This document shows positions 1-9,675 of a stretch of 64,000 nt of DNA, one piece after another. Origin of the DNA: Acidimicrobiales bacterium (lineage in GTDB: Bacteria > Actinomycetota > Acidimicrobiia > Acidimicrobiales > SHLQ01); assembly GCA_020628865.1 (NCBI GenBank), contig JAHDEJ010000001.1, positions 170,395-234,394 of the forward strand, read 5' to 3'. The notes under the pieces are model-generated. The model worked only from the letters and a program-made list of their open reading frames with translations. It was not told where the DNA came from and did no database searches. How positions within the stretch are numbered: position 1 is the first letter of the stretch; every line of letters starts with the position of its first letter. Made by a program: the position numbers and the translations under genes.

Positions 1-89
1 TGCCATTGGTTCGGCGTCCTTTCACTGTCCCGGCCCTGACCCTAGCCGCGACCGATGTCGGCCCGAAGTCGACGATTTTGGTGCCGCGA

Positions 90-118
90 TGGGGCGTTTG
101 CCCCAATTTCTGGTGTGT
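90..118 (+). terminator. possible intrinsic terminator hairpin for a gene outside the window
   Basis: TGGGGC-gttt-GCCCCA stem-loop (90-105) followed by T-rich ATTTCTGGTGTGT. The first ~285 nt have no convincing ORF. Confidence 0.3.
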
Positions 119-287
119 CATGCGACCGCGACAGCCGAATCGCGCAAATTCTCCCTATGGTGGAATGCACGCACGAATCCCCCGCCGCTGATGAGCGCGC
201 CACGACGGCTCTCACGAGTACGGGATGTGCACCGTACGCAGGACCGGTGGCGGAAGTTGGCCGCCGGTCGACAGAAGGGATACTCGC

Positions 288-608
288 ATGGCCAAGCAGC
301 GAACCACATTTGCAAAACTGCAGCGAGAGCGGGCAAAGGCGGCGAAGAAGGCGGAGAAGCAGGCGGCTCGCATCAACGGCGGCGCACCGGCTCGTCCGGT
401 CGAAGAGCCCGTCGAAGAGAGCCCGGAGCTCGAACTCGACCTCGAGAACATGACCACGGTGGAGCGCCTCTTCGCCGGCAAGGGTCGCCTCTCGGCGCCC
501 GAGCTGATGGCGATGACCGAGAAGATCCAGCGGATGCACCAAAAGGGTGAGCTGGACGACGACGAGCTCGAGGACGCCAAGCTCGAGCTGCTCGAGCGAA
601 TCGAGTAG
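288..608 (+). CDS. small hypothetical protein (106 aa; basic N-terminus, acidic C-terminus)
   Basis: ATG at 288 inside ORF 225..608, preceded by a GAAGGGA SD-like sequence. Coding-like composition. No family recognised. Confidence 0.55.
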   Translation: MAKQRTTFAKLQRERAKAAKKAEKQAARINGGAPARPVEEPVEESPELELDLENMTTVERLFAGKGRLSAPELMAMTEKIQRMHQKGELDDDELEDAKLELLERIE

Positions 609-632
609 CCCGGCGCTGTCCTCGAGCAGCGC

Positions 633-1442
633 TCAGCGAACCGAATAGCCGAGCAGACTCTGTGTGGCCACGCCGACGGAGCCGTCCCGGTCACCCAACA
701 TGGTGATGCCGAGGCCGGTGCCCGTCTTCGGGTCCGCGTGTGTTCGAGCGTCCAGCGAGATCCACTCGCCGACCGCCGGCCGGTGCAGCGAGACCGTGAG
801 GTTTGCGTTGATCAGCCCGAAGGCGCTCGTCGGCCCGTAGATGGCGCTGACGCCGGAACCGAAGTCGGCGGCGGCAAGGACCCGTTCCAAGCCGCTCGTC
901 GGTTCTCCGACGATCAGCGGCTGCCGCAGTCGGATCCAGTCGACGACGGGTCCCGCCTCCTTGAACGTTCCGGCGGTGAAGCGATGTTCGACGCCATTGC
1001 GGTGATACGTCGTTCGTTGACCCGTGGCCCAGCGCGGCGGTTCCACTTCGTCGACTTCTTCGGGTGGATTCAACCCGGGCCCATCCGGCTCGACCCAGTC
1101 GGGTGGGTCGAGCTCGGTGCGTTGCAGCACCAGCGCGTTTGCGCGGGCGACGGGCTCCGATTCGCTGAACAACGTTGCGTGCAGCCGCGCCACCCGGCCG
1201 CTCACCTGTTCGCGTCGGACCTCACCATGGAGCCGGGCCAGGGGCACGGGGCGAAGGAGTTCGATCTCGATGTGCGTCAGAAACTCCGCGTCATCAACCC
1301 GGGGCTCGATCAGGTGGCCGAGCAACGCCGATGGCGGACCGCCGTGTTGCGCATCGGGACGCCATGGTCCGCGGGTGAACTCGCTCGGGAGAAATCCGTC
1401 GCCGTCACGCTCGAACAGCCCGTGGGTTGCCGTTTCCGTCAT
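633..1442 (-). CDS. thioesterase-like (hotdog-fold, TesB/4HBT_3-like) protein
   Basis: Internal ATG (MTETATHGLFERDG...) of ORF 633..1916. The N-terminal extension of that ORF is Arg/Gly-rich junk overlapping the upstream gene. The HGGPPSALLGH segment is typical of the thioesterase-like superfamily. ATGA overlap with the upstream GHMP kinase stop. Confidence 0.65.
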   Translation of the reverse strand: MTETATHGLFERDGDGFLPSEFTRGPWRPDAQHGGPPSALLGHLIEPRVDDAEFLTHIEIELLRPVPLARLHGEVRREQVSGRVARLHATLFSESEPVARANALVLQRTELDPPDWVEPDGPGLNPPEEVDEVEPPRWATGQRTTYHRNGVEHRFTAGTFKEAGPVVDWIRLRQPLIVGEPTSGLERVLAAADFGSGVSAIYGPTSAFGLINANLTVSLHRPAVGEWISLDARTHADPKTGTGLGITMLGDRDGSVGVATQSLLGYSVR

Positions 1443-2287
1443 CCGACCTCCCAGGTCGTGGTTTGCAGGCCGGCGTCGGCCAGTGTCTCGAGGAACGGTA
1501 TGGGGGACTTCGGCAGCACACCAACGATGGCCCCGCCGGAACCGGTGAAGTTGCAGGGAACTCCACACGAGCGCGCCACTTCCGCCATCTCCCGGTGCGT
1601 GTCGGCGATCGGAACCGCCTCGAACCGCAGCTCGAGTGTGGCTTCCATCGCCGACTTCAGCGCATGAACGTCGCCGGTCTCGAACGCTCGGGCCGCCAAC
1701 CTCGCCTGCGCCGCCAGCGCATCGACGTCCGGGCTTCCCGGGGAAAGGGTGCGGGACAGCTCGGTGTGGACCACGCCACTCGGCTCCGCCGACGCTTCGT
1801 CCCATGCCACGAAGAATGGGATTCGCCGTCCGGGAACCAGCGGGGTGGCCCGCCTCGTCGGCGCGAATTCCATTGCGACCGGGCAGCCTGCGGTCTGGCT
1901 CAGCTGGTCCTGCCAACCCCCGGAGATCCCCAGGTCCTCGCGCTCGATCGAATGGGCCAGCTGAATGGTCTGCGCTTCATCGAGTACGACGTCAGTGTGT
2001 CGGGCGAGCGCACGCAGCCCGGCGATGACGATGGCGCTCGACCCGGCCAGGCCGACCGACTGGGGAATCGAGGTGTCGACCCGGAGCGTCACGCCCGAAC
2101 CGACCGAACCGAAGGTGTGCGTCCATCGGGCGAGCACGGCCCCCACGAGTTCGTTCGCGTGGTCACCCGGCCGAACCTCGACCGAGGCCACAAGCGTGGG
2201 GACGGGGATCGAGGTGACCGCTCCCCCGTACCCATCGGAGGGGTTGCCGGCAAGTGCCGCTCGTGCGGCGACCGACGCCGTGGTCAC
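1439..2287 (-). CDS. GHMP-family kinase
   Basis: 282-aa ORF. PQSVGLAGSSAIVIAG matches GHMP motif II (PxGxGLxSSAA). Only 2 nt separate it from the upstream Dabb gene. Confidence 0.65.
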   Translation of the reverse strand: MTTASVAARAALAGNPSDGYGGAVTSIPVPTLVASVEVRPGDHANELVGAVLARWTHTFGSVGSGVTLRVDTSIPQSVGLAGSSAIVIAGLRALARHTDVVLDEAQTIQLAHSIEREDLGISGGWQDQLSQTAGCPVAMEFAPTRRATPLVPGRRIPFFVAWDEASAEPSGVVHTELSRTLSPGSPDVDALAAQARLAARAFETGDVHALKSAMEATLELRFEAVPIADTHREMAEVARSCGVPCNFTGSGGAIVGVLPKSPIPFLETLADAGLQTTTWEVG

Positions 2288-2289
2288 GC

Positions 2290-2583
2290 TCAGCTGCGGT
2301 ATTGGACGGCCGCACGCTCCGCCAGGAACGGACGGATCCGGGTGGCAATCACGTCCTGATGGTCCGCGTTCGCGCTGTACGCGGCGTACCCCTCGTCGTC
2401 GTCGAAGTCGCCGACAACGACCAGGTCGAAGTTGCCTTCCGCCAGGCCAGCATCCAGGCCGACGGAGTAGGACCGAATCTCCGGCACCAGTGCCGGAAGG
2501 GCCCGAAGACCGTCGACGATCGCATCCCGGTCGGCCTCGGTCGCCTCGTCCGTCAACCGCATCATCACCACGTGTCGCAACAT
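2290..2583 (-). CDS. Dabb-family stress-responsive alpha/beta-barrel protein
   Basis: 97 aa. MLRHVVMMRL...EGYAAYSANADHQDV pattern typical of the Dabb domain. Confidence 0.8.
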   Translation of the reverse strand: MLRHVVMMRLTDEATEADRDAIVDGLRALPALVPEIRSYSVGLDAGLAEGNFDLVVVGDFDDDEGYAAYSANADHQDVIATRIRPFLAERAAVQYRS

Positions 2584-2608
2584 GGGTCCGACGCTACTGG
2601 ACGGTCGG

Positions 2609-2657
2609 CCAAAAAGAAGAGTGGCCTGCCCCTCGGCGGCGGAACCTGGGGCAGGCC
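2609..2657 (-). terminator. rho-independent terminator downstream of the glgP / CBM48 unit
   Basis: Perfect 10-bp stem GGCCTGCCCC (2623-2632) / GGGGCAGGCC (2648-2657). On the minus strand it is followed by ACTCTTCTTTTTGG. Confidence 0.6.
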
Positions 2658-2834
2658 TCGTCGAAACATAGGGCGGCGGAACCCCTTGGTATGTCTCGAC
2701 GGATCGTGGCGCCGGTTGGCGGCACTCGATCGTTGATCTTTTGCGGTCGGAGCAAACCCACGGACTCCGTCCTGTACAGGTGATCAGCCTATCTCACGAA
2801 AAACGCGAAAATCCCACTCGGAGCGGTAAAAAGT

Positions 2835-3122
2835 TCAGGCCGCCCGGAGTACGCCGTTGGCGCTTCCCTGGTCGTTCGGCTCGAGCGCCACGCCTTCCTC
2901 ATCGAACCACTCACCGTCGGCGGTGACATAGCGGAAGCGCAACTCGGTTCCGGCCGGCACCGTGACCGATGCGGAACGGGTTCCATTGCTGCGTCGCCGC
3001 ATCGGGTGCGCGGTCGCATCCCAGCCGTTGAAGTCGCCCACGACGGACACGTCACGGTCGTCGGCGAGCGCGAAGGTGACCTTCACCGAGCCGTCGGTCT
3101 TCTGGGTCGTTGTCTTGATCAT
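2835..3122 (-). CDS. glycogen-binding (CBM48 / AMPK1_CBM-like, E-set) domain protein
   Basis: Start at MIKTTTQ with an AGGAAAGG SD upstream. VSVVGDFNGWD...HPM motif typical of the isoamylase-N/CBM48 domain. Confidence 0.7.
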   Translation of the reverse strand: MIKTTTQKTDGSVKVTFALADDRDVSVVGDFNGWDATAHPMRRRSNGTRSASVTVPAGTELRFRYVTADGEWFDEEGVALEPNDQGSANGVLRAA

Positions 3123-3170
3123 TGCGGTTGGCCTTTCCTGATCCGCCTCATTCGTTGCACGCACACCCAT

Positions 3171-5690
3171 TCATTTTGCCCACAGCACCTGATGCAGTGC
3201 AGTGAAGTGACCGAGTTCACCGTGTCGTGGAACGACGCGAATGTGATAGCCGTGACTGCCGGGACGGTCGGCCCGCAGGCGGGATTCGAAGCGGAGAATT
3301 CCATTGGAGTCTCGCTCCATCGGTTCCATCGACAGCGTCGTCGATTCCATGAGGTTGCCCTCGAGATCGACCGGGCCGTGCAGCACCTGCACATCGAGAT
3401 CGTCGGGGTCGAGCCGACCCGGGTCCACGGACACGGCGACCGTGCGGGCGTCGGGATCGACCTGATCGTCGACGGAGAGGATCGAGACGCTGTCCCACCG
3501 TTCGCGAATACGCTCCTTCCAGTCAGCCAGCGCCTGGGGGATGGCGGGAGTGCCCGCCCGGAACCGTTCGGTGCGCGCCGCAAGCGGTTCGTAGTGTTCG
3601 GTGACGTAGTCCCGAACCATTCGGCTCGACTCGACCTGGGGGCCGAGCCGGGTCATCGACTGGCGGATCTTCTGCAACCACGGATCGGCCACGATCTGAT
3701 GTTGCGGACCGTGGAAGTCCGGGATGACCGAGTCCTCGAGCACCCGGAACAACGTCCGGGATTCCTGTTCGTCCCTGGCATCCAACTCGTCGATCCACCA
3801 TGCGGTCGGGATCGAATAGCCAAGGTCGTGGGCGTACTCCTCGGCCCACCAGCCGTCGAGGATCGACAGGTTGAGTCCGCCGTTGTACACGACCTTCATA
3901 CCGGACGTGCCACACGCTTCCATCGGTTGGCGCGGCGTGTTCAGCCACACGTCCACGCCCTGGTACAGGTAGCGCCCCACCTCGATGTCGTAGTCGTCGA
4001 GGTAGACGAACCGGGTGCGGTTTCGTGCATCGAGCGCGAACTGGGCGACCCGTTGGAGAATCTGCTTTCCCGGCTCGTCGGCCGGATGCGCCTTGCCGGC
4101 GAAGATGAACTGCACAGGGCGGTCGGGGTCCCGCAGAAGGTCCCGGAGCCGGTTCTCGTTCCTGAGCAGCAGGTCGGCCCGCTTGTAGGTGGCGAACCGG
4201 CGAGCGAAGCCGATCGTCAGCACGTTGGGATCCAGGATTTCGTTGGCCCACTCTGCCTCCGACGGCGTCACCCCCTTTGCGATCAACGAGTCCCGCATTC
4301 GAGCCCGGGCAAACCGGACCAGCCGATCGCGTCCGGTGGCACGGATCGAGCGCAGCTGCTCGTCGGAGACGCCGCGTACCGCCTCCCAACGCGACGGCTC
4401 CGCTTGTGTCCAGTCCGACCCCACATACCGCTCGAGCAGGTCGTCCATTTCACGCATCACCCAGGTCCGGGCGTTGACGCCGTTCGTCACCGAACCGATC
4501 GGCACTTCGGCGACCGGGAGCTCGGGCCACAGATCCTTGAACATCGAACGGGAGACTTCGCCGTGGAGCTTGGCGACGCCATTGCTGGCCTCGGCGAGCC
4601 GAAGCCCGAGAACGGCCATGTTCATGGCTGCGCCCGGTTCGGTTCCCGGCTCGTGTCCGAGCGCCATGAGGCGATCGAGGGTGATACCGACCTGCTCGCA
4701 CCAGCCGCCGAAGTAGCGGCCGATGAGGTCACGATCGAACCGGTCGATGCCGGCGGGAACGGGCGTGTGGGTGGTGAAGAGGGTCGACGGCCGCACCGCT
4801 TCGAGGGCGGCCTCGAACCCGAGCTGTTGTTCCGCCATCACCACTCGGATGCGCTCGAGCGCAGAGAACGCCGCATGCCCCTCGTTCAGGTGGAACACCT
4901 GTGGGTTGTAGCCGAGTTCGGTCAACAGGCGGACGCCACCAACACCCAGCACCAGTTCCTGACGGACCCGCTGTTCATGGTCGCCGCCGTACAGCCGGTC
5001 GGTGATGAGCCGATCAGCCGGAAGGTTCTCCTCCACGTTCGTGTCGAGCAGGTAGAGCGGCACCCGACCGACCCGGGCCTCCCACGCCCGAGCGTGCACG
5101 GTCACCGCTCCGATTTCGATCGGGATCCGCACTCCGGAGATCTCGCGCAGCGACATGTTCGCCGGTTCAAGGTTCGGGAAATGCTCCCGCTGCCAACCGG
5201 ACGGGTCGAGGCTCTGGGTGAAGTAGCCGTGGCGATACATCAGTCCGATGCCAACCAGCGGCACACCGAGCTCACTGGCCGCCTTCAGGTGGTCGCCGGC
5301 GAGGATCCCCAATCCGCCCGAGTACTGCGGGAGCGCCTTGGCAATGCCGAACTCGGCCGAGAAGTAGGCGACAGAATTCAGCTCGCCCTCGTGGTGGAGC
5401 TGGAACCAACGAGGGGTGGCCAGTGAGCGCTCGAGCGAATCGCGCAGCTCGGTGGCCTGGGCGACGTAGCTCGGATCTGCAGCAAGTGCATCGAGCACCT
5501 CTCGCGGCGCGCGGGACAACGTGCCGATCGGGTCGAGCGTGTCACCGGCCCCGGTGTCGGGATCGAGACGGGCGAACAGCGACTGCACTCGAGCGTCGCT
5601 GAGCCAGCCGAGGTTCATCCCGATGTCTCGCAGCGGTTGAAGCTCCTCGGGAAGTCGAGCGGTGACGGAGTACGTACGAAGTGCCTTCAC
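3171..5690 (-). CDS. glgP: alpha-glucan (glycogen/maltodextrin) phosphorylase, GT35
   Basis: 839 aa counted from GTG at 5690 (GAGGAA SD 5-6 nt upstream). N-terminus VKALRTYSVTARLPEEL...NLGW and the EACGTSGMK pyridoxal-phosphate Lys region are typical of the alpha-glucan family phosphorylase. Confidence 0.9.
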   Translation of the reverse strand: MKALRTYSVTARLPEELQPLRDIGMNLGWLSDARVQSLFARLDPDTGAGDTLDPIGTLSRAPREVLDALAADPSYVAQATELRDSLERSLATPRWFQLHHEGELNSVAYFSAEFGIAKALPQYSGGLGILAGDHLKAASELGVPLVGIGLMYRHGYFTQSLDPSGWQREHFPNLEPANMSLREISGVRIPIEIGAVTVHARAWEARVGRVPLYLLDTNVEENLPADRLITDRLYGGDHEQRVRQELVLGVGGVRLLTELGYNPQVFHLNEGHAAFSALERIRVVMAEQQLGFEAALEAVRPSTLFTTHTPVPAGIDRFDRDLIGRYFGGWCEQVGITLDRLMALGHEPGTEPGAAMNMAVLGLRLAEASNGVAKLHGEVSRSMFKDLWPELPVAEVPIGSVTNGVNARTWVMREMDDLLERYVGSDWTQAEPSRWEAVRGVSDEQLRSIRATGRDRLVRFARARMRDSLIAKGVTPSEAEWANEILDPNVLTIGFARRFATYKRADLLLRNENRLRDLLRDPDRPVQFIFAGKAHPADEPGKQILQRVAQFALDARNRTRFVYLDDYDIEVGRYLYQGVDVWLNTPRQPMEACGTSGMKVVYNGGLNLSILDGWWAEEYAHDLGYSIPTAWWIDELDARDEQESRTLFRVLEDSVIPDFHGPQHQIVADPWLQKIRQSMTRLGPQVESSRMVRDYVTEHYEPLAARTERFRAGTPAIPQALADWKERIRERWDSVSILSVDDQVDPDARTVAVSVDPGRLDPDDLDVQVLHGPVDLEGNLMESTTLSMEPMERDSNGILRFESRLRADRPGSHGYHIRVVPRHGELGHFTALHQVLWAK

Positions 5691-5772
5691 GTGATTCCTC
5701 AGCGGGATTGGCCGCGCAGCGGCGAGTGGAAAGCCGCCGGCGGGCTGCCGACGGCCGGGCATGGCCCGATGG

Positions 5773-6180
5773 TCAGAGCAGCTCGAGATCGGTGCGGCCG
5801 ATGGCCGCCAGAACACGGTTGACGACGCGTGCGTCGTCGTCGAAGCCGAGCGGACGGAGATCGTCGCCGTCATCGGACGTCAGCAGGAAGTACTCGGTTG
5901 CGCCGCGCAACAACGCGCGATCCGTCTCATCGAGGTCGGCCGGGTCGTCGAGCACCGCGGCAAGGACGCTGCCGATGCGTCGGGCCAGCTGCACGTCGAT
6001 GTCCGGCCGATCCTTGGCCATCGACACCAGCGACGCAAGGTAGGCCAGAATGCGCAACCGCAGACCCTTCAGGTCCTCAACCGAGGTGGGCGCGCACAAC
6101 GCAGCGAACTGGTCGACTTCGCGGGGATGGAGCAGGCCATCCAGCAGCAGGTCGGTTCGACGGGCGGGGTCGGGGTGCAC
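5773..6180 (-). CDS. hypothetical protein (135 aa)
   Basis: ORF with coding-like composition located between tRNA-Ala and glgP. GTG start with no clear SD. No family recognised. Confidence 0.5.
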   Translation of the reverse strand: MHPDPARRTDLLLDGLLHPREVDQFAALCAPTSVEDLKGLRLRILAYLASLVSMAKDRPDIDVQLARRIGSVLAAVLDDPADLDETDRALLRGATEYFLLTSDDGDDLRPLGFDDDARVVNRVLAAIGRTDLELL

Positions 6181-6227
6181 GCAGGCAACGCTAGTTGCCC
6201 GAACCCGCTGGCCTGCAATTCACGGAG

Positions 6228-6300
6228 TGGAGGTGAGGGGAGTTGAACCCCTGGCCTCCTCGATGCGACCGAGGCGCTCTACCAACTGAGCTACACCCCC
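6228..6300 (-). tRNA. tRNA-Ala(CGC): tRNA-Ala (anticodon CGC)
   Basis: Reverse complement is GGGGGTGTAGCTCAGTTGGTAGAGCGCCTCGGTCGCATCGAGGAGGCCAGGGGTTCAACTCCCCTCACCTCCA. It folds as a cloverleaf with a G3:U70 Ala identity pair, anticodon loop GTCGCAT, and a T-loop GGTTCAACT. CCA is not encoded. Confidence 0.92.
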
Positions 6301-6339
6301 GTGACAATCAAGGTCTGATTCAGGATTGTGCGAGCAAGG

Positions 6340-6828
6340 CTATCGGGCAAGCACGCCGTTCATCGAGCCCTCGTTCAGATCGAGCACGCTGACCATCTCG
6401 TCGTCGGCTTCGTCCGATTCGACGACCATGCGGCTCGGTCCGGGGATCGGCCGCGGAACGTCGGCTTCGACGACGGGGCCGAAGGACGGTCGCGAACGGA
6501 GCAGGTCCGGGCGCTCGATCGAGCACACGGCCCAGAGGTAGGCGACGAACGCAACATCGACCAGCAGGTGGAGCGCCCACAGCGGGCTCCACGCTCGGGC
6601 GAGCACGAACGTGCTCAGCACCAGCAGTCCGAGTGCAGCGAGCACTTCCCGACGGCGACGGTGTGCCATTGCTGCGGTTCGAGGTGGAGCGAGCGGGCCA
6701 CGCGGGCCGGCCTGGAGACTCGGCATGTGGAGGTTTGGCGCTCCACCACCGATCATGCGATCACGGCCCCACGCCCAGAGCCAGCCCACCCAGCCGAGCG
6801 CGATGAGGAGGAATACGAGAAAAGTCAT
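6340..6828 (-). CDS. hypothetical membrane protein (2 predicted TM segments)
   Basis: 162 aa. Hydrophobic stretches FLVFLLIALGWVGWLWAW and VLAALGLLVLSTFVLA / LLVDVAFVAYLWAV. Confidence 0.55.
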   Translation of the reverse strand: MTFLVFLLIALGWVGWLWAWGRDRMIGGGAPNLHMPSLQAGPRGPLAPPRTAAMAHRRRREVLAALGLLVLSTFVLARAWSPLWALHLLVDVAFVAYLWAVCSIERPDLLRSRPSFGPVVEADVPRPIPGPSRMVVESDEADDEMVSVLDLNEGSMNGVLAR

Positions 6829-6886
6829 GGTGGCGGCGAAACAACTCCGTGTGGCGAACGCCGGTCAGGTTACCGGCGGGTTGCGT

Positions 6887-7378
6887 TCAGGTGACGGATG
6901 TGTCGCGGTGATAGGTGCCACTCTTCCCGCCTGTTTTTTCCCAGAGCGCAATGCTATCGATCACCATGCTCTTGTCGAGCGACTTGCACATGTCGTAGAT
7001 CGTCAGTGCGGCGACGGAGCAGGCCGTGAGCGCCTCCATCTCCACGCCGGTCCGGCCGACCGTCTCCACCGACGACTCGACGTCGATGTGGGACTCGCCG
7101 ATCTCGAAGTTCACCGTGACCGCACCGATGAGGAGCGGGTGGCACAGCGGGATGAGGTCCGACGTGCGCTTGGCCGCCTGAATGCCGGCGACACGGGCAA
7201 CGCTGAGCACGTCGCCCTTCGAGATCGCCCCCTTGGCGACGGCCGATGCGGTCTCGGTCGTCATCGTGACCCGACCGCGGGCGATCGCACGGCGATGCGT
7301 CGGCTCCTTGGGGGTCACGTCGACCATACGGGCCCGACCCATCGGATCGAGGTGGGTGAACTCGTCGTGCACGCTCAT
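6887..7378 (-). CDS. moaC: cyclic pyranopterin monophosphate synthase MoaC
   Basis: Internal ATG (MSVHDEFTHLD...) of ORF 6887..7768. DLIPLCHPL and GVEMEALTA motifs. Confidence 0.9.
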   Translation of the reverse strand: MSVHDEFTHLDPMGRARMVDVTPKEPTHRRAIARGRVTMTTETASAVAKGAISKGDVLSVARVAGIQAAKRTSDLIPLCHPLLIGAVTVNFEIGESHIDVESSVETVGRTGVEMEALTACSVAALTIYDMCKSLDKSMVIDSIALWEKTGGKSGTYHRDTSVT

Positions 7379-7380
7379 GG

Positions 7381-8361
7381 TCAGCCTCCGATTTGGCTCA
7401 TGTTCCGCTTCGGGCGGATGAAGTGCACGGTATCGATGCCGTGGCCGGCCCACTTGTCGTGGACGGCGCCTTCGATGATCTCGGCGAGTTCGTCGTCGCT
7501 CGCTCCCCCGCGCATGGCGTCTCGCAGGTTGTAGTCCGTCACGGCGAAGAGGCAGTTGCGGAACTGGCCGTCGGCGGTGAGCCGGATGCGGTCGCAGGTG
7601 TCGCAGAACTTCTCGGTGACGGTGGCGATCACGCCGATCTCGCCCTGGCCGTCGAGGTAGCGGTAGCGGGTGGCCGGCGCCGAGGTTCGCTGGATCGCCT
7701 CGATGGGAAATTCGGCGTTGACCTCTTCGATGACGCGGGCCAGCGGCACGACCCGGTCCGGGCCCCACTGTTCATCGGCGTCGAGAGGCATGAATTCGAT
7801 GAAGCGGACGATGACGCCCTTCTCCCGACCGAAGCGGGCGAAGTCGACGATCTCGTCGTCGTTGATCCCGTTCATCAGCACGACGTTGATCTTGACCGGG
7901 TCGAAACCGGCCTCGATGGCTGCGTCGATGCCGTCGAGAACTCGGTCCAGGTCGTCGCGTCGGGTCAGCTCGATGAATCGATCCTTCTGGAGCGAATCGA
8001 GCGAGATGTTGAGGCGCTTCAGCCCGGCGGCGTGCAGATCGTCGGCCACGAGGCGCAGGGTCGCACCGTTGGTCGTCATCGCCAGGTCGACGCCGAGTTT
8101 GGCCAGCTTTGCGACGAGGCGGCTGAGGTGGGCGCGCACGGTCGGCTCGCCCCCGGTCAGGCGGATGCTGTCGACGCCGTAGCGGTCCACGGCGATGCGG
8201 GCGATCCGTTCGATCTCCTCGAACGTGAGCAACCCCTCTCGGGGCATCCAGACCATGCCCTCTTCGGTCATGCAGTACTGGCAGCGGAAGTTGCATCGAT
8301 CCGTGACGGCGATGCGGAGGTCGCGGTGAACGCGTCCGAAGGTGTCGACCAGTTCCATCAC
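7381..8361 (-). CDS. moaA: GTP 3',8-cyclase MoaA (radical SAM)
   Basis: CNFRCQYC radical-SAM cluster motif, C-terminal CDTCDRIRLTADG cluster and GG tail. Confidence 0.92.
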   Translation of the reverse strand: MMELVDTFGRVHRDLRIAVTDRCNFRCQYCMTEEGMVWMPREGLLTFEEIERIARIAVDRYGVDSIRLTGGEPTVRAHLSRLVAKLAKLGVDLAMTTNGATLRLVADDLHAAGLKRLNISLDSLQKDRFIELTRRDDLDRVLDGIDAAIEAGFDPVKINVVLMNGINDDEIVDFARFGREKGVIVRFIEFMPLDADEQWGPDRVVPLARVIEEVNAEFPIEAIQRTSAPATRYRYLDGQGEIGVIATVTEKFCDTCDRIRLTADGQFRNCLFAVTDYNLRDAMRGGASDDELAEIIEGAVHDKWAGHGIDTVHFIRPKRNMSQIGG

Positions 8362-8451
8362 TCAAGACTACGACCTCGGTGGGGTGTACGGAAAGGCGGT
8401 CCGGGTGCTTCGGCGGGCACGCCCGGTGGCGGCGCCTCGATCTAACCTGTC

Positions 8452-9654
8452 GTGATGATCCCACTCGAAGACGCCCGCTCGTTCGTCCTCTCCGGCGTGG
8501 AGGTTGGCGAGGCCACGACCGTGCCGGTCGACGATTGCCTCCATCTGGTGACGGCGGCCGACATCGCTGCGACCGGGCCGATCCCCCCCTTCGACAACAC
8601 GGCGATGGATGGGTTCGCCGTCCGCTCGGCCGATGTGGCCGACGCGCCGGTCACGTTGCGGATGGTCGGAACGATCGCCGCAGGCGCCAAGCCGGACATC
8701 GAGGTTGGTCCCGGCGAGGCGGTGCGCATCATGACCGGTGCGCCCATGCCGCCCGGCGCCGATTCCGTCGTCATGGTGGAGCTCACGTCGATGAGCGAGG
8801 ACGAGGGCACGGTCGAGGTGGCGCAGTCGGTTCCCGTCGGCAATCACATTCGCCCGGCCGGCGACGACGTCACGCCCGGCCAGACCGTGTTCGTTGCCGG
8901 AACCGAATTGTCGCCGGCTCACCTCGGCGTGTGCACGTCGATCGGCGTGTACGACGTGCCGGTCATTCGGCGGCCGCGGGTCGGCGTCATCTCGACGGGC
9001 GATGAGCTCGTCGATGCACCGGTTCCGCTCGAGGTCGGCCAGATTCGGGACTCGAACCGACACACACTGCTGAGCCTGGTCCGGCGTATGGGCGTGGAGG
9101 GAGTGGACCTCGGGTTGGTTCCCGACGACGAGGAGCAGATCCGTGCGGCGATGGTCGGTGCAGCCGAAAGCTGCGACGCGGTCATCACCAGCGGTGGCGT
9201 GTCGATGGGCGACTTCGACTACGTGAAGAAGGTGTTGAGCGAGATCGGCGACATGCGGTGGATGCAGGTGGCGATCAAGCCGGCGAAGCCGTTGGCGTTC
9301 GGCACCGTGGGCGGCACGCCGATCTTCGGCCTGCCGGGGAACCCGGTGTCCTCGATGGTGTCGTTCGAGCTCTTTGCCCGGCCGGGTATTCGCAAGATGA
9401 TGGGGCATCCGGATCCGGTGCCGACGCCGGTTCGCGGCGTGGCGGGTGCCGACATGTTGCGGGGTTCGGATGGCAAGACGCACTTCGCTCGTGTGCATGC
9501 GAAGCCCAATGCCGATGGCGTGTTCGAGGCGAGCTTTGCGGGCGGTCAGGGTTCGCATCAGCTGTCGGCAATGGCCGCGTCGAACGCATTGGCGATGTTG
9601 CCCGACGGCACCGGCGCCCGCGTCGGCGACCCCGTCGACCTCCTCCTCCTCTGA
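8452..9654 (+). CDS. moeA: molybdopterin molybdotransferase MoeA
   Basis: 400 aa. PPFDNTAMDGFAV, ISTGDEL and GLPGNPVSS motifs. The start is GTG 8452 or ATG 8455. Confidence 0.9.
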   Translation: MMIPLEDARSFVLSGVEVGEATTVPVDDCLHLVTAADIAATGPIPPFDNTAMDGFAVRSADVADAPVTLRMVGTIAAGAKPDIEVGPGEAVRIMTGAPMPPGADSVVMVELTSMSEDEGTVEVAQSVPVGNHIRPAGDDVTPGQTVFVAGTELSPAHLGVCTSIGVYDVPVIRRPRVGVISTGDELVDAPVPLEVGQIRDSNRHTLLSLVRRMGVEGVDLGLVPDDEEQIRAAMVGAAESCDAVITSGGVSMGDFDYVKKVLSEIGDMRWMQVAIKPAKPLAFGTVGGTPIFGLPGNPVSSMVSFELFARPGIRKMMGHPDPVPTPVRGVAGADMLRGSDGKTHFARVHAKPNADGVFEASFAGGQGSHQLSAMAASNALAMLPDGTGARVGDPVDLLLL

Positions 9655-9675
9655 CCGCCGACCGCACCCCCTCCA

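Noticed and set aside
1-287. Riboswitch or ncRNA in the lower-GC leader at the window start
   Set aside because: Only a small hairpin (90-105) is visible and I could not recognise any known RNA-family motif. The region is also truncated by the window edge.
633-1916. Long N-terminal extensions of several ORFs (633..1916, 6887..7768, 11968..13878, 51182..52603, 55139..57268, 56644..58062, 3171..5873)
   Set aside because: The extensions are Arg/Pro/Gly-rich and overlap the upstream gene on the same strand. They also precede internal starts that give canonical family N-termini, often with an SD sequence or an ATGA overlap. The internal starts were used instead.
3006-5426. 806-aa ORF on the plus strand
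   Set aside because: It is entirely antisense to the well-supported glgP gene. The translation is Arg/Gly/His/Val-rich with no recognisable motifs. This is a typical high-GC shadow ORF.
8362-8451. Molybdenum-cofactor riboswitch in the moaA/moeA divergent spacer
   Set aside because: The spacer is only ~90 nt and shared by two divergent genes. That is too short for the ~130-nt Moco motif, and I could not see its conserved elements.
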